In this document: piece by piece, positions 29,070 through 38,465 of the stretch
How the letters are laid out: each line of letters begins with the position of its first letter
How positions within the stretch are numbered: position 1 is the first letter of the stretch
Assembly: GCF_020715685.1 (NCBI RefSeq)
Contig: NZ_CP085840.1
Span: 4,354,891-4,418,890 of the forward strand
Direction: 5' to 3'
DNA length: 64,000 bases
DNA from: Dermatobacter hominis
GTDB taxonomy: Bacteria; Actinomycetota; Acidimicrobiia; Acidimicrobiales; Microtrichaceae
The notes under the pieces: generated by a model
What the model was told of the DNA's origin: nothing
Databases searched by the model: none
What the model saw: the letters and a program-made list of their open reading frames with translations, nothing else
Translations under genes and position numbers: made by a program

Positions 29070-29663
29070 GTGGCCGGGCGATCCCGGCCCGGGGGGGGCA
29101 CGGGGGAGCACCGGTCGGGATCGCCGCCCGGTGGCACCCGGCGACGATGGGGCTGGCACGAGCTCGCTCCTGACGCAGCGCGCCGACTGGTCCGAGCCAG
29201 CGGCGTCGGGGCCGGCGACCTGGTCCTCGACGTCGGCGCCGGCACCGGCGCGCTGACGCGCGAGCTGGTGGCCGCCGGCGCGCGGGTGGTCGCGGTCGAG
29301 GCCCACCCCGGTCGCGCCGCCGAGCTGCGACGGCGGTTCGGGACGAGCGACGGCGTCACGGTCGTGCGCGCCGATGCCGCCGACCTCCGGCTCCCGCGCC
29401 GGCCCTTCCGCGTCGTCGCCAACCCGCCGTTCTCCGTCACCAGCCCGATCCTCCGGCGCCTGCTCGCACCCGGGTCGCGCCTGACGGACGCGCACCTCGT
29501 GCTGCAGCACCACGCCGCCGTCCGGTGGTGCGGCCCGGAGGCGCCGGCGTGGGGTCGGTGGGCCCGCAGCTGGGAGGCCTCGCTCGGCCCGGCGGTGGCC
29601 CGGTCGTCGTTCCGGCCGGCCCCGGCGGTCGACTGCCGGGTGCTCGTGCTCCGCCGCCGGTGA
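29070..29663 (+). CDS. short rRNA adenine N6-methyltransferase-family protein (Erm/KsgA-like)
   Basis: SAM-binding VLDVGAGTGALT, catalytic VVANPPFSVTSPIL (N/D-PP-F/Y), preceding GWHELAPDAARRLV resembles the QNFL...IV lead of Erm/KsgA; only ~190 aa so the C-terminal RNA-binding domain is missing; true start uncertain. Confidence 0.5.
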   Translation: MAGRSRPGGGTGEHRSGSPPGGTRRRWGWHELAPDAARRLVRASGVGAGDLVLDVGAGTGALTRELVAAGARVVAVEAHPGRAAELRRRFGTSDGVTVVRADAADLRLPRRPFRVVANPPFSVTSPILRRLLAPGSRLTDAHLVLQHHAAVRWCGPEAPAWGRWARSWEASLGPAVARSSFRPAPAVDCRVLVLRRR

Positions 29664-29672
29664 GCGCCGCCG

Positions 29673-30038
29673 TCAGGTCGGGGGCTCGGTGGTGCCCTCG
29701 TTGCGGCGGCGCCACAGGCTCGCGGCGGTCTCGGCGGCGACGAAGGCGGACACGTCGTCGCCGAGGATCGCCTCGGGCACCTTCTTGCGGACCCCGGCGA
29801 GCAGCTTCGCCAGCGCCTGGAGCACGTAGACCCCGGCGGAGTACGCGGTGTCGCGGGTGGGGCGGGTCTCGAGCGCCCAGTGCGTGCCGCCGTCGAACAT
29901 GATCAGCGGCACCCAGCGGTCGTCGACGGTCCGCTGCACGACGATCGCCTCGACCTTGAGCGGCGCCAGCCTGGCGGCGAGGAGCTGCAGGTCCTCGCGC
30001 TCCCTGATGAGGACGCCGACCGGGCCCTCGGTCGGCAT
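29673..30038 (-). CDS. hypothetical protein
   Basis: ATG at 30038 within ORF 29673..32312; MPTEGPVGVLIREREDLQLLAARLAPLKVEAIVVQRTVDDRWVPLIMFDGGTHWALE...; no family assigned; rest of the 879-aa track ORF is artefact opposite the flotillin gene. Confidence 0.4.
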   Translation of the reverse strand: MPTEGPVGVLIREREDLQLLAARLAPLKVEAIVVQRTVDDRWVPLIMFDGGTHWALETRPTRDTAYSAGVYVLQALAKLLAGVRKKVPEAILGDDVSAFVAAETAASLWRRRNEGTTEPPT

Positions 30039-30125
30039 GTGGTCGGCGAAGGAGTGCACCGGTGCCGTGTCGGGATCGTCAGGGCCGTGCTCGTCGTCCA
30101 CGGACCCGAGCGTAGGGTCTGCGCC

Positions 30126-30875
30126 ATGGGTGGTCCCGAACCCGTCGAACCGGTCCCGCTGAGCGAGCTGGCGCAGGAGATCCGCCGGGCGGTCGACCGC
30201 TTCGTCACCGACGACGCCGCGGACCCGGCGTCGCTGGCCGCAGCGCTCGACGCGCTGCCGCGTCAGGAGCTCGCTGCGATCGCCCGGGTCGCCTTCGACC
30301 GGTTGGAGCCGCTGCAGCAGTGGGCGGTGCTCGAGCGCGTGCTGGGCGAGCGCGGTGCGGTCGACGCGCTCGCCGTCGACCAGCGGGACCGTCTCGGCTC
30401 GCTGCGGCGCGAGGCGGCCGCGGCCCACGTCGTCGCCGAGGCCGTCGAGGACGACGTGATCGACCTCACGGCGCTGCCCGCCGGGGTCGAGCTGTCGATC
30501 GGCCTGTTCCGGCCCGGCGACGTGCGCGCCGCATCGGGCCGTGGTCGCCTGTCCGACGTCTGCGCCCGCCAGCTCGTCGTGCTGGCCACGTCGACGCCCG
30601 GCACGTTCCGCGTCGTCGACGACGTGTTCAACCCGCGGGGCGGCCTGTTCGTCAGCGCGGAGTACGACCTGTCGGTCTGGAGCTCGGAGCGGCTCGACAG
30701 CCACTCCGCCGCCCGGCTCGGGTCGCTGGCCGGCGCCGATGCCGACTCGCTGGAGCCGGTGCTGCGCCGGGGCGCCCGCGTCGACGTGGTGGCGGCGGAG
30801 CGCACGATGCCCGGCCGGCTCCGGCTCGGATGGGCGACGGTCGACGACGTCGACGCCTTCGGCGCACCCGGCTGA
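30126..30875 (+). CDS. hypothetical protein
   Basis: ATG at 30126 in ORF 29880..30875; acidic/helical, non-Arg-biased composition; divergent from 29673..30038. Confidence 0.45.
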   Translation: MGGPEPVEPVPLSELAQEIRRAVDRFVTDDAADPASLAAALDALPRQELAAIARVAFDRLEPLQQWAVLERVLGERGAVDALAVDQRDRLGSLRREAAAAHVVAEAVEDDVIDLTALPAGVELSIGLFRPGDVRAASGRGRLSDVCARQLVVLATSTPGTFRVVDDVFNPRGGLFVSAEYDLSVWSSERLDSHSAARLGSLAGADADSLEPVLRRGARVDVVAAERTMPGRLRLGWATVDDVDAFGAPG

Positions 30876-30983
30876 GCCGTCGCATCGCCGCAGCGACCGT
30901 GGTGCGCGGTTCGCTGCGGGCGGTCGTAGCCTCGGTCCGGGAGGATGCACCGATGCGTCCCGTGAGGAAAGGCGGCACTTGAG

Positions 30984-33017
30984 ATGGCTCTCGGTGTCCT
31001 GATTTTGGTCGCGGTCCTGGTCCTGGTGGTCCTGGTCGTGGTCCTGCGGAGCTTCCACTCGGTGGGCCCCGCGGAGGTGGGTCTGGTCACGAAGCGGATC
31101 GGCCGCAAGCTCGGCGACGAGCAGCTCGTCGCGATGCGCGGGGAGGCGGGCTACCAGGCCGCGCTCCTCATGCCCGGGCTGCGCTTCAAGCCCTGGCCCC
31201 TCTTCAAGGTCGAGCGGTTCCCGTGGGTCCAGGTCGCCCCGGACCACATCGGCCTGGTGATCGCCCAGGTCGGCCACGCGCTGCCGACCGGTGCCAAGTC
31301 CGCGATCTACCGCAACGAGTTCGGCAACTTCGCCGACCTCGACACGTTCCTGAACGGCGGCGGCCAGCGCGGCGTCCAGCGACCGGTCCTGCCCCCGGGC
31401 ACCACGGCGCCGGTCCACCCCGTCGGGTTCATCGTGATCACCGCCGACCAGGTGTTCGGCAAGGTCGTGTCCGAGTCGACCATGGCCGTCGTCCAGCAGG
31501 TGGAGTCCTCCGCGCTGCGGGTCACGCACATCACGCCGCAGGGCGACCGCGACATCGTCGGCGTCGTCACCACCCTGGAGGGCCCGCCCTCGGGCGACAT
31601 CGCCAGTCGCATCGGCGGGTTCAGCGACGTCACCGCGATGGAGTCCTCGGGCGGATCGGCCAGCCAGGTGATCCAGGCCGTGCTGCGGGCCAAGAACCAC
31701 CTGCACGACAACTACCAGGACTACCAGGCCTTCCTGGACAACGGCGGGTGCATCGGTCTCCAGCACGACCCGCTGCTCTACGGCTCGTACCTGCTGAACC
31801 CGTACCTCGTGAACGTCGAGCTCCGGGAGATGCTCGTGGTCCGCCAGGGCGAGGTCGCGGTGATCAAGTCCTACGTCGGGCTGCCGACCGAGGACACCTC
31901 GGGCGAGGAGTTCAAGTTCGGCTCCATCGTGAAGCCGGGCCACCAGGGCATCTGGTCCGAGCCGCTGCGGACGGGCAAGTACACGCTCAACCCGCGCATC
32001 TACGAGGCCGAGATCGTGCCGACGTCGATCCTGACGCTGAACTGGTCCCACGCCACGAGCGACGCCCACAGCCTCGACGAGCGACTGGCCCCGATCGACG
32101 CCAAGTCGAAGGAGGCCTTCACGTTCAGCATCGACCTGCAGGTGCAGATCCACGTGCCCGACACCCGGGCCCCGAAGGTGATCAGCATGGTCGGCACCAT
32201 GCAGAACCTCGTCAACGAGGTGCTGCAGTCGGCGGTCGGCAACTACTTCCGGAACAAGCTGCAGACCCTCGGTGCGACGGAGTTCATCGAGCAGCGCGAC
32301 GAGGTCCAGCACGCGGCCGAGACCTACATCCAGCAGTACCTGTCGCGCTACGAGGTCGAGACCCGCGGCGTCTACATCCAGGACGTCGTGTTCCCGGCGG
32401 ACCTCGTCGAGGTGCTGACCAGCCGGGAGATCGCGGCGCAGGAGCGCTCGACCTTCGCCCAGCAGCGAGCGGCCCAGGAGGCACGCGTCAGCCTCGAGCA
32501 GCAGCGCGGCGTCGCCGACATGCAGGCGCAGCTCGCCCAGGCGAACGTGTCGATCGACATCGAGCGGTCCCGGGCCGAGGCGAACCGGGCCCGTGCCGAC
32601 GGCGAGGCCAGCGTGATCACCGTGACCGGCGCCGCCGAGGCGCAGCGGACCCGCGACCTCGGCAACGCCAGCGCGTCGGCGGAGGAGGCGCTCGGCCTGG
32701 CGAGGGCCAAGGGGTTCGACGCCCAGCGCCGCGCGATCGGCTCCGAGCAGACCGCACTGGTCGCGGCGCTCCGCGAGGTGGCCGCCGGCGACGTGAAGAT
32801 CGTCCCCGACATCCAGGTCGGCAGCGACGGCGGCGGGGTCATCGGCGGCCTCGGTGCCCTGCTGATGCGCAACCTGGCCTCACCGGGCGACGGCGACGGC
32901 GTCGCCGCCAACGGCGCCGGGACCAACGGTGCGACGGCACCCGTGGCCGAGGGTGAGGCGATCGAGGCCGCTGCGGTGCCCGACGCACCGGCGGACGGCG
33001 ACGCCGCGGGCGCCTGA
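30984..33017 (+). CDS. flotillin-family SPFH (band 7) domain membrane protein
   Basis: 677 aa; N-terminal TM (LGVLILVAVLVLVVLVVVL), SPFH core and long coiled-coil region rich in A/E/Q/R (AQERSTFAQQRAAQEARVSLEQQRGVADMQAQLAQANV...), Ala/Gly-rich acidic tail. Confidence 0.8.
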   Translation: MALGVLILVAVLVLVVLVVVLRSFHSVGPAEVGLVTKRIGRKLGDEQLVAMRGEAGYQAALLMPGLRFKPWPLFKVERFPWVQVAPDHIGLVIAQVGHALPTGAKSAIYRNEFGNFADLDTFLNGGGQRGVQRPVLPPGTTAPVHPVGFIVITADQVFGKVVSESTMAVVQQVESSALRVTHITPQGDRDIVGVVTTLEGPPSGDIASRIGGFSDVTAMESSGGSASQVIQAVLRAKNHLHDNYQDYQAFLDNGGCIGLQHDPLLYGSYLLNPYLVNVELREMLVVRQGEVAVIKSYVGLPTEDTSGEEFKFGSIVKPGHQGIWSEPLRTGKYTLNPRIYEAEIVPTSILTLNWSHATSDAHSLDERLAPIDAKSKEAFTFSIDLQVQIHVPDTRAPKVISMVGTMQNLVNEVLQSAVGNYFRNKLQTLGATEFIEQRDEVQHAAETYIQQYLSRYEVETRGVYIQDVVFPADLVEVLTSREIAAQERSTFAQQRAAQEARVSLEQQRGVADMQAQLAQANVSIDIERSRAEANRARADGEASVITVTGAAEAQRTRDLGNASASAEEALGLARAKGFDAQRRAIGSEQTALVAALREVAAGDVKIVPDIQVGSDGGGVIGGLGALLMRNLASPGDGDGVAANGAGTNGATAPVAEGEAIEAAAVPDAPADGDAAGA

Positions 33018-33048
33018 CGGCCGGGCGCCTGACGCCGGCTGCCCGGGC

Positions 33049-34146
33049 TCAGGACCCGAGGTCGATCGCGGCGTCCGCGACCGCGGTGATCGGCCACCGC
33101 CGCCCGGAGCTGCCGAACACGCACGCGCCGGCCCCGAGCTCGGGGTCGAGCCGCATGATGTGCCAGTAGCCCATGCCGCCGCCGAAGTGCTGCACCCGTG
33201 GACCGGGATCGCCGTGGGGGCGGAACCAACCGAGCCCGACGTCGTAGGGGCGACCCGGCGTCCCGATCGTGGCCATCGCCGCCCGGCTCGCCTCGCCGAG
33301 CACCTTCCGGCCGGCGGTGCCCTCGCCACGGGCGTGCAGGGCCAGCAGCTCGACTGCGTCGCCGATCGTGCCCACGAGCCCGCCGTAGGCGGCGCCGTCG
33401 ACGTCGAACGGGTGGAGCCGCACGAAGCCCCCGGCGCGGTCGCCGACGATCCGCGGCGGGAGCACCCGGCCCACGACCGCCTCCGTCGCACGGCCCATCG
33501 GCTGGTGGGCGGTGAGCCGGCCCGCGCCCGGCACGCCGGACCACGACGTGGCGGTCGAGCCCATGCCGAGGGGACCCAGGACCGTGCGGTCGAGGACGTC
33601 CTCGAACGGGGCGCCGGCGGCCGCGGCGATGACCTCGCCGAGGGCGAGGTAGCCGACGTTGGAGTAGCGCGCCCTCGCGCCGGGAGCGCCGCGAGGGCGG
33701 CGCTGCCGGCGGAGCAACCGGGCGAGGAAGTCCCGCGGGTCCGGTCGTGGCCGTCCTGCGGCGTGCACCCATCGGATCGGGACGGGGTTGGACAGCCCGC
33801 TGCTGTGGGCCAGCAGGTGCCGGACGCGCACGTCCGCGAACGCAGCGGGCCACAGGTCGGGGAGGTGCTGCCCGACGGGGATGTCGAGGTCGAGCAGGCC
33901 GCGCTCGGCGAGCGTCATCGCGGTCGTCGCGGTCGCGACCTTGGTCATCGAGAACCAGTTGGCCGCGTCGTCCAGGGACGCCGGCCTCCCGGCCCCGAGG
34001 TCGTCGGTCCCGGCCCGTCCGAAGCGGGCGCCGTCGCCGTCGACGACCCCGATCAGGACCGCGGGCACCGTGGAGGCGTGCACCGCACGCCGGGCGAGCT
34101 CGTCGAGCCGCTCGTCGCGCTGCGGTCGGTCGTCCAAGGGCGCCAT
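33049..34146 (-). CDS. serine hydrolase (beta-lactamase/esterase family)
   Basis: ATG at 34146 within ORF 33049..34203; SMTKVATATTAM (S-x-x-K), YSNVGY, HSSG motifs. The longer track start (MRVRFPSPAL) is translation of the tRNA-derived att repeat. Confidence 0.8.
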   Translation of the reverse strand: MAPLDDRPQRDERLDELARRAVHASTVPAVLIGVVDGDGARFGRAGTDDLGAGRPASLDDAANWFSMTKVATATTAMTLAERGLLDLDIPVGQHLPDLWPAAFADVRVRHLLAHSSGLSNPVPIRWVHAAGRPRPDPRDFLARLLRRQRRPRGAPGARARYSNVGYLALGEVIAAAAGAPFEDVLDRTVLGPLGMGSTATSWSGVPGAGRLTAHQPMGRATEAVVGRVLPPRIVGDRAGGFVRLHPFDVDGAAYGGLVGTIGDAVELLALHARGEGTAGRKVLGEASRAAMATIGTPGRPYDVGLGWFRPHGDPGPRVQHFGGGMGYWHIMRLDPELGAGACVFGSSGRRWPITAVADAAIDLGS

Positions 34147-34173
34147 CGCCGCTCCTCCCCCGACGAGGTGCGT

Positions 34174-34218
34174 GAGAGCGGGTGACGGGAATCGAACCCG
34201 CATGACCAGCTTGGAAGG
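34174..34218. repeat. attR: 45-bp direct repeat = partial 3' copy of tRNA-Gly
   Basis: gagagcgggtgacgggaatcgaacccgcatgaccagcttggaagg identical to 43721..43765 (3' half of tRNA-Gly: acceptor 3' strand, T-arm, part of anticodon arm). Confidence 0.85.
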
Positions 34219-34331
34219 TCACCCGGGGCGATGTCGCCGACTGTCGCTCCCTGTCATTTCAACAGGTCCGACACTAGGCGACAGGTCCCGAATCCCAGCG
34301 GCCGCGCGCACGGCGCGCGCACGGCTGGTGT

Positions 34332-35150
34332 TTACCGGGCCGGCCGACCGGCGCGTCCTGGGGGAGCGTGGCCGAGCTTGCGGGCTCGTCGGATCCGCTC
34401 TCGGGCTTGCTGCGGGCTGCACGCATGGCCTGAAGCCCTGGCGAGCGCGGCCGCCACAAACGAGTACATCGAGTCAGGTCGGCCGGCAGCCTCCCACGCC
34501 TGGAGAGCGTCTGGCACTGCGTTGACCTGCGCTGCAGCGACGTCGGATGAAACGCGGTCGGACACGGGGCCCTCGGCTCGAGGCGGCTGCAGCATCACGC
34601 TGACGTCCTCGAGATCGGCAGGTCGGAGCGAGCCGTCGTCGACGAGCGCCAGGGCCCTCGCTCCTTCCTTCACGACGTGAGTGAGGGGGATCCTGCGGAT
34701 GTTGCCGGGCGTCGCAGCCGGGCCGCCTTGCCTAGCGATGACGCACACCGCCTCCGGCTCCAGCACGGCCTCGGGGGTGTCATCGGACCAGCGGAGCCTG
34801 ACTCGGTAATCGAAGTCCCCGAGCATCCCGCATGGCTCCGACACGTCCATGTTTACGATCTCGACCAGGCCCGTTCGGAACATGACCTTCCGGCCGGGTC
34901 CGGCCTTGCGGTGGATCTCCGCCGCCGTGTCGCCCGCGTCCGGCAACCGCCGAACACGCATGGCTGCTGCGGGCCGCGCAAGGAACGCACGGGCGCCCTT
35001 GATGAGCTTGTCGATCCCGGCGTACTGGCCACCCCGCAGCTTTAGGGCTGCGCGACTCCGCAATCGAGCGAGCTCGTCCTCCCACGGCGGCAGATCGAGC
35101 TGGGGACGTTCGACCGAAATGTGGGTGGGGGGTGCTGGTGGCATACCCAC
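34332..35150 (-). CDS. hypothetical protein (att-adjacent cargo of the integrated element)
   Basis: 272 aa, balanced composition (K/D/E present, not Arg-biased), lower-GC DNA; divergent from excisionase gene; no recognisable domain. Confidence 0.5.
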   Translation of the reverse strand: MGMPPAPPTHISVERPQLDLPPWEDELARLRSRAALKLRGGQYAGIDKLIKGARAFLARPAAAMRVRRLPDAGDTAAEIHRKAGPGRKVMFRTGLVEIVNMDVSEPCGMLGDFDYRVRLRWSDDTPEAVLEPEAVCVIARQGGPAATPGNIRRIPLTHVVKEGARALALVDDGSLRPADLEDVSVMLQPPRAEGPVSDRVSSDVAAAQVNAVPDALQAWEAAGRPDSMYSFVAAALARASGHACSPQQARERIRRARKLGHAPPGRAGRPAR

Positions 35151-35219
35151 ATTCTTCCATCGATTGTTGGGACTTGAGCGACATCACCGGGATGTCCGAG
35201 ACCAAAGGGAGGCCCGTCG

Positions 35220-35414
35220 GTGGCCGAGCTTCGCAAGATGCTGTTCTCCATGCAGGAGGGGTGGGAGTCGACCGGCCTCGGTCGCACCACGTTCCTGCAC
35301 CTGGTCCGCGAAGGCAGGATCGAGACGGTCCGGGTGGGCCGGCGCCGGATGGTCACGGCCGATGCGCTCGAGGCGTTCGTCGATTCGCTCAAGGCCGACC
35401 AGGACGCGGCCTGA
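35220..35414 (+). CDS. xis: excisionase / AlpA-like HTH_17 DNA-binding protein
   Basis: 64 aa; LGRTTFLHLVREGRIETVRVGRRRMVTADALEAFV is the classical excisionase/MerR-like winged HTH. Confidence 0.75.
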   Translation: MAELRKMLFSMQEGWESTGLGRTTFLHLVREGRIETVRVGRRRMVTADALEAFVDSLKADQDAA

Positions 35415-36094
35415 TGTCGGACATCTCCGTCCTCCGCCAACTCGCCGAGCGAGCGGCCGTCGTTGAGCTCGCGCGAGCCGGCGCAGCCGAGGCGACCGGC
35501 AGCTCCGAGAACTTCGAACGTCACGTTCTCGAGGCCGCCGACGTGCTCGCACAGATGTTCCTTGTGGACGCCATCGGTGTTCCGTACGTGATCGAGGCGC
35601 TCAAGTCGCACGGCCCTCTCGTTCGACCGGGCGACTTGCTGGCGGCGACGGAACTGGCCTCCGACGCGATCGCACGGATCGCCGATGAGCGACCCGCCGT
35701 GCTCCACCCGGACTGCTCGAAGTGGATCGACACGGCGATCGTCGAGTTCGACAGCGCCGACCGAGACAGGGTGGCGGCTGCCGCCACCCTGGTGATGAGC
35801 GTCGACGGCATCTCGATGCCGGGCGACCTGCCCCTCACCGACGAGCTGCGCGACCTCGCCGGGGAATGCACGGCTGCAGACCTCCGCGCTGGCATCAGGG
35901 TCCGGGAGCTCCACGCCAAGGAGCTCGCAGACTCGTCGACCCGTCTGGCGGAGCTCCTCCAGACGCTGGAGCACCCCATGTTGAACCGGGGCCTGACGCT
36001 CGAGGAAGCGGTCAACGAGCTGAGCGGCGAGGACCGAGTCCACGCCGAGGAGCTGCTCGCATCATTGCCCACGATCCTGTGCGTGGTCCGCTGA
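35414..36094 (+). CDS. hypothetical protein
   Basis: ATG at 35414 overlapping xis stop (TGATG); 226 aa acidic helical protein; no family assigned. Confidence 0.5.
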   Translation: MSDISVLRQLAERAAVVELARAGAAEATGSSENFERHVLEAADVLAQMFLVDAIGVPYVIEALKSHGPLVRPGDLLAATELASDAIARIADERPAVLHPDCSKWIDTAIVEFDSADRDRVAAAATLVMSVDGISMPGDLPLTDELRDLAGECTAADLRAGIRVRELHAKELADSSTRLAELLQTLEHPMLNRGLTLEEAVNELSGEDRVHAEELLASLPTILCVVR

Positions 36095-36095
36095 C

Positions 36096-36284
36096 GTGGC
36101 CCAGACGCGAACCGACCGGGCGCTGGTGACGCCCGGTCGGCCAGTCGTTCACGACGACGGAATCACCAGCGATCCTATCGACCGCTACAGCCGACGAACC
36201 GCTGGCCGCTTCTGGGAGCGCCAGGCGGAACGCGACGAGCAGATGCGGAAGACCTGCCAGCACTGTGGACGTGAGGCGTCATGA
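36096..36284 (+). CDS. small hypothetical protein
   Basis: 62 aa ORF ending CQHCGREAS, stop overlaps RepA-like start (ATGA), consistent with translational coupling; weak. Confidence 0.3.
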   Translation: MAQTRTDRALVTPGRPVVHDDGITSDPIDRYSRRTAGRFWERQAERDEQMRKTCQHCGREAS

Positions 36285-37303
36285 GGGGCGATGTCGACGC
36301 TCCTCCGAGGCGCACAGCGTGGACCGCGTCGGAGCTCATGGCCGCGGTGTTCCCCGATCCGAAGTGGGCCGTCCCGGGCCTGCTCTGCGAGGGGTTGAAC
36401 TTGCTCGCCGGCGCTCCGAAGCTCGGCAAGAGCTGGTTCGCGTTGAACGTGTGCGTGGCCGTCGCCGCCGGCGGGCGGGCTCTGGGCGCCGTCCAAGTCG
36501 AGCAGGGCGACTGCCTCTACCTGGCCCTCGAGGACACCCCGCGCAGACTGCAGTCTCGGCTGCGTCTCGTGCTGGGTGACGAGCCTGCGCCTGATCGTCT
36601 CACTGTCGACGTGGAGTGTGCACGGTTCCCGGACGGCGCGTCCAAGGTCGCCCAGTGGCTTCGTGACCACCCTGACGCGCGGCTCGTGGTTGTCGACGTG
36701 CTGACGAAGGTGCGCCCGGTTCCGGACGGCACGGTCGGGCGCTACGAGGCGGACTACCTGGCGGTGTCGGCCATGAAGGCGCTCGCCGACGACCACGGCG
36801 TGGCGCTGCTGGTCGTGCACCACACCAGGAAGCAGGAGTCGGTCGACTACCTCGACAGCGTCTCAGGCACGCAGGGCCTCGCCGGCGCCGCCGACGCGGT
36901 GCTCGTCCTGGCCCGTTCGCGCGGGTCAGCGCAGGCGGTCCTGAAGGTCACCGGGCGAGACATCGAGGAGACCGACCACGCCCTCGACTTCGACGCCTCC
37001 ACCGGGCTGTGGAAGCTCCTCGATGGGCCGGCCGAGGACTACCTCCTGCAGGACACCCGGCGACGCATTCTCCAGCACCTCCGGGACCAGGACGCTGCGC
37101 TTCAGCCGAAGACGATCGCCTCGGCGCTCGACCTCAATCACGAGTCGGTGAAGAAGACCTGCCAGCGCATGGCAGGCGACGGGCAGCTCGAGAACGACGG
37201 CGGCCGCTACCGCCTCCCCGTGTCCCCTGTCCCTCCTGTCCCTCTGTCCCTCATCGAGGGGGACACAGGGACACGGGGGACACCAGATAGGGGGCCCCTG
37301 TGA
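36281..37303 (+). CDS. RepA-like RecA-family ATPase (AAA_25)
   Basis: 340 aa; Walker A LLAGAPKLGKSWFALNV, Walker B-like LVVVDVLT, HHTRKQ motif; architecture of AAA_25 replication/primase-associated ATPases common on integrative elements and phage satellites. Confidence 0.75.
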   Translation: MRGDVDAPPRRTAWTASELMAAVFPDPKWAVPGLLCEGLNLLAGAPKLGKSWFALNVCVAVAAGGRALGAVQVEQGDCLYLALEDTPRRLQSRLRLVLGDEPAPDRLTVDVECARFPDGASKVAQWLRDHPDARLVVVDVLTKVRPVPDGTVGRYEADYLAVSAMKALADDHGVALLVVHHTRKQESVDYLDSVSGTQGLAGAADAVLVLARSRGSAQAVLKVTGRDIEETDHALDFDASTGLWKLLDGPAEDYLLQDTRRRILQHLRDQDAALQPKTIASALDLNHESVKKTCQRMAGDGQLENDGGRYRLPVSPVPPVPLSLIEGDTGTRGTPDRGPL

Positions 37304-37536
37304 GAGAGACCTCCGCTGCGAAGGCTCGTCGGTACCTCACCGAAGGCCGTGTCCTGCTTCTGCACGTCGGTCAACTCCGTGTCGTCGCGCAGGTTCGCGG
37401 CGACGGCTGCGTGCACGAAGTGAGGGTCAGCGGCCCCTCTTGGCAGTGCACCTGCCCCGCTCGAGGGCGCTGCTCGCACCAGCTCGCCGTCGGCCTCGTC
37501 GTTGCCATCGATCACGAAGCCCCCGCACCTCACTGA
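37300..37536 (+). CDS. SWIM zinc-finger small protein
   Basis: 78 aa; WQCTCPARGRCSHQ = CxCx5CxH SWIM pattern; start overlaps RepA-like stop (ATGA). Confidence 0.45.
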   Translation: MRETSAAKARRYLTEGRVLLLHVGQLRVVAQVRGDGCVHEVRVSGPSWQCTCPARGRCSHQLAVGLVVAIDHEAPAPH

Positions 37537-37553
37537 CCCCGAAAGGACTACCC

Positions 37554-38465
37554 ATGCCCACCCGATCCACCCTCCATCCGCAACAGGACGTCCGACGTGT
37601 CCTCCGCGCTCTCGACGCTGCCGGACTCGGCGACGCCATCCCCGACGTCCGGACGACGCTCGACCGCGCCGAGCACCTCGCCCGCTCGGCGTCGCAGGCC
37701 CCGCGCGAGATCGCGGACGTCAGCCACGAGCTCGCCCGCCAGCTCGCCGCCGGAGCGATCACACCTGACGAAGCAGGCGCCGCCGTCCTCGACGCCGAAC
37801 GTGCTCACGCCGCACACGGCGCGGGCGTGAAGCTTCTGCGAGCCGCTGGCGACATCGCCGCTCGCAAGGCGTCTGACCTCCTCGCCGCCGAAGCCGAGAC
37901 CCTCATCGCCGACACCCTCTGGCCCGCGGGCGTGAAGGTCATCGAAGCGGCCGTCGACGCCGGCGACCAACTCCCCGACGACGTGCACTCTGCCGAGGAC
38001 GCCATGAACGGCGACCCCGTCACCCGCCGAGCCTGGGCCCAGCTGCACGACGCCGCCACCGCCTGGAAGCTCCTCACCGCCGCCGCTTGGGAGCTCCACA
38101 ACGGAGGCTTCACCCGCCTCTCACCCCGAGCCGCAGCCGCCGCCGAGACCAACGCCGGCCGCCGCCTCTTCGAGTACCGCAACCCCGACCAGGTCCTCTC
38201 CCACGTCGGCCTCCCCGAACCGCTCGTCCTCCTGAACGACATCCGCTCAGGAGCAGAGCCCGAGATCCAGACCCTCGAGCAGCTCCGGGCCACCGAAGCT
38301 GAGGTCGACCGCCGAGTCGCCGAGGAGCGCGACGCCCTGGCGTTCGCCGCTCGCCCCAACGTCAGCACCCCGAACAGCGAGCGAGCGAAAGCAGCAGCCC
38401 GCGAGCTCAAGGCCGAGCTCGCCGCCGAAGCCGCCCTCGTCCCCGAACCGGAGGACGCCGCGTGA
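37554..38465 (+). CDS. hypothetical Ala-rich helical protein
   Basis: ATG at 37554 preceded by gaaagga; 303 aa; no family assigned. Confidence 0.5.
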   Translation: MPTRSTLHPQQDVRRVLRALDAAGLGDAIPDVRTTLDRAEHLARSASQAPREIADVSHELARQLAAGAITPDEAGAAVLDAERAHAAHGAGVKLLRAAGDIAARKASDLLAAEAETLIADTLWPAGVKVIEAAVDAGDQLPDDVHSAEDAMNGDPVTRRAWAQLHDAATAWKLLTAAAWELHNGGFTRLSPRAAAAAETNAGRRLFEYRNPDQVLSHVGLPEPLVLLNDIRSGAEPEIQTLEQLRATEAEVDRRVAEERDALAFAARPNVSTPNSERAKAAARELKAELAAEAALVPEPEDAA

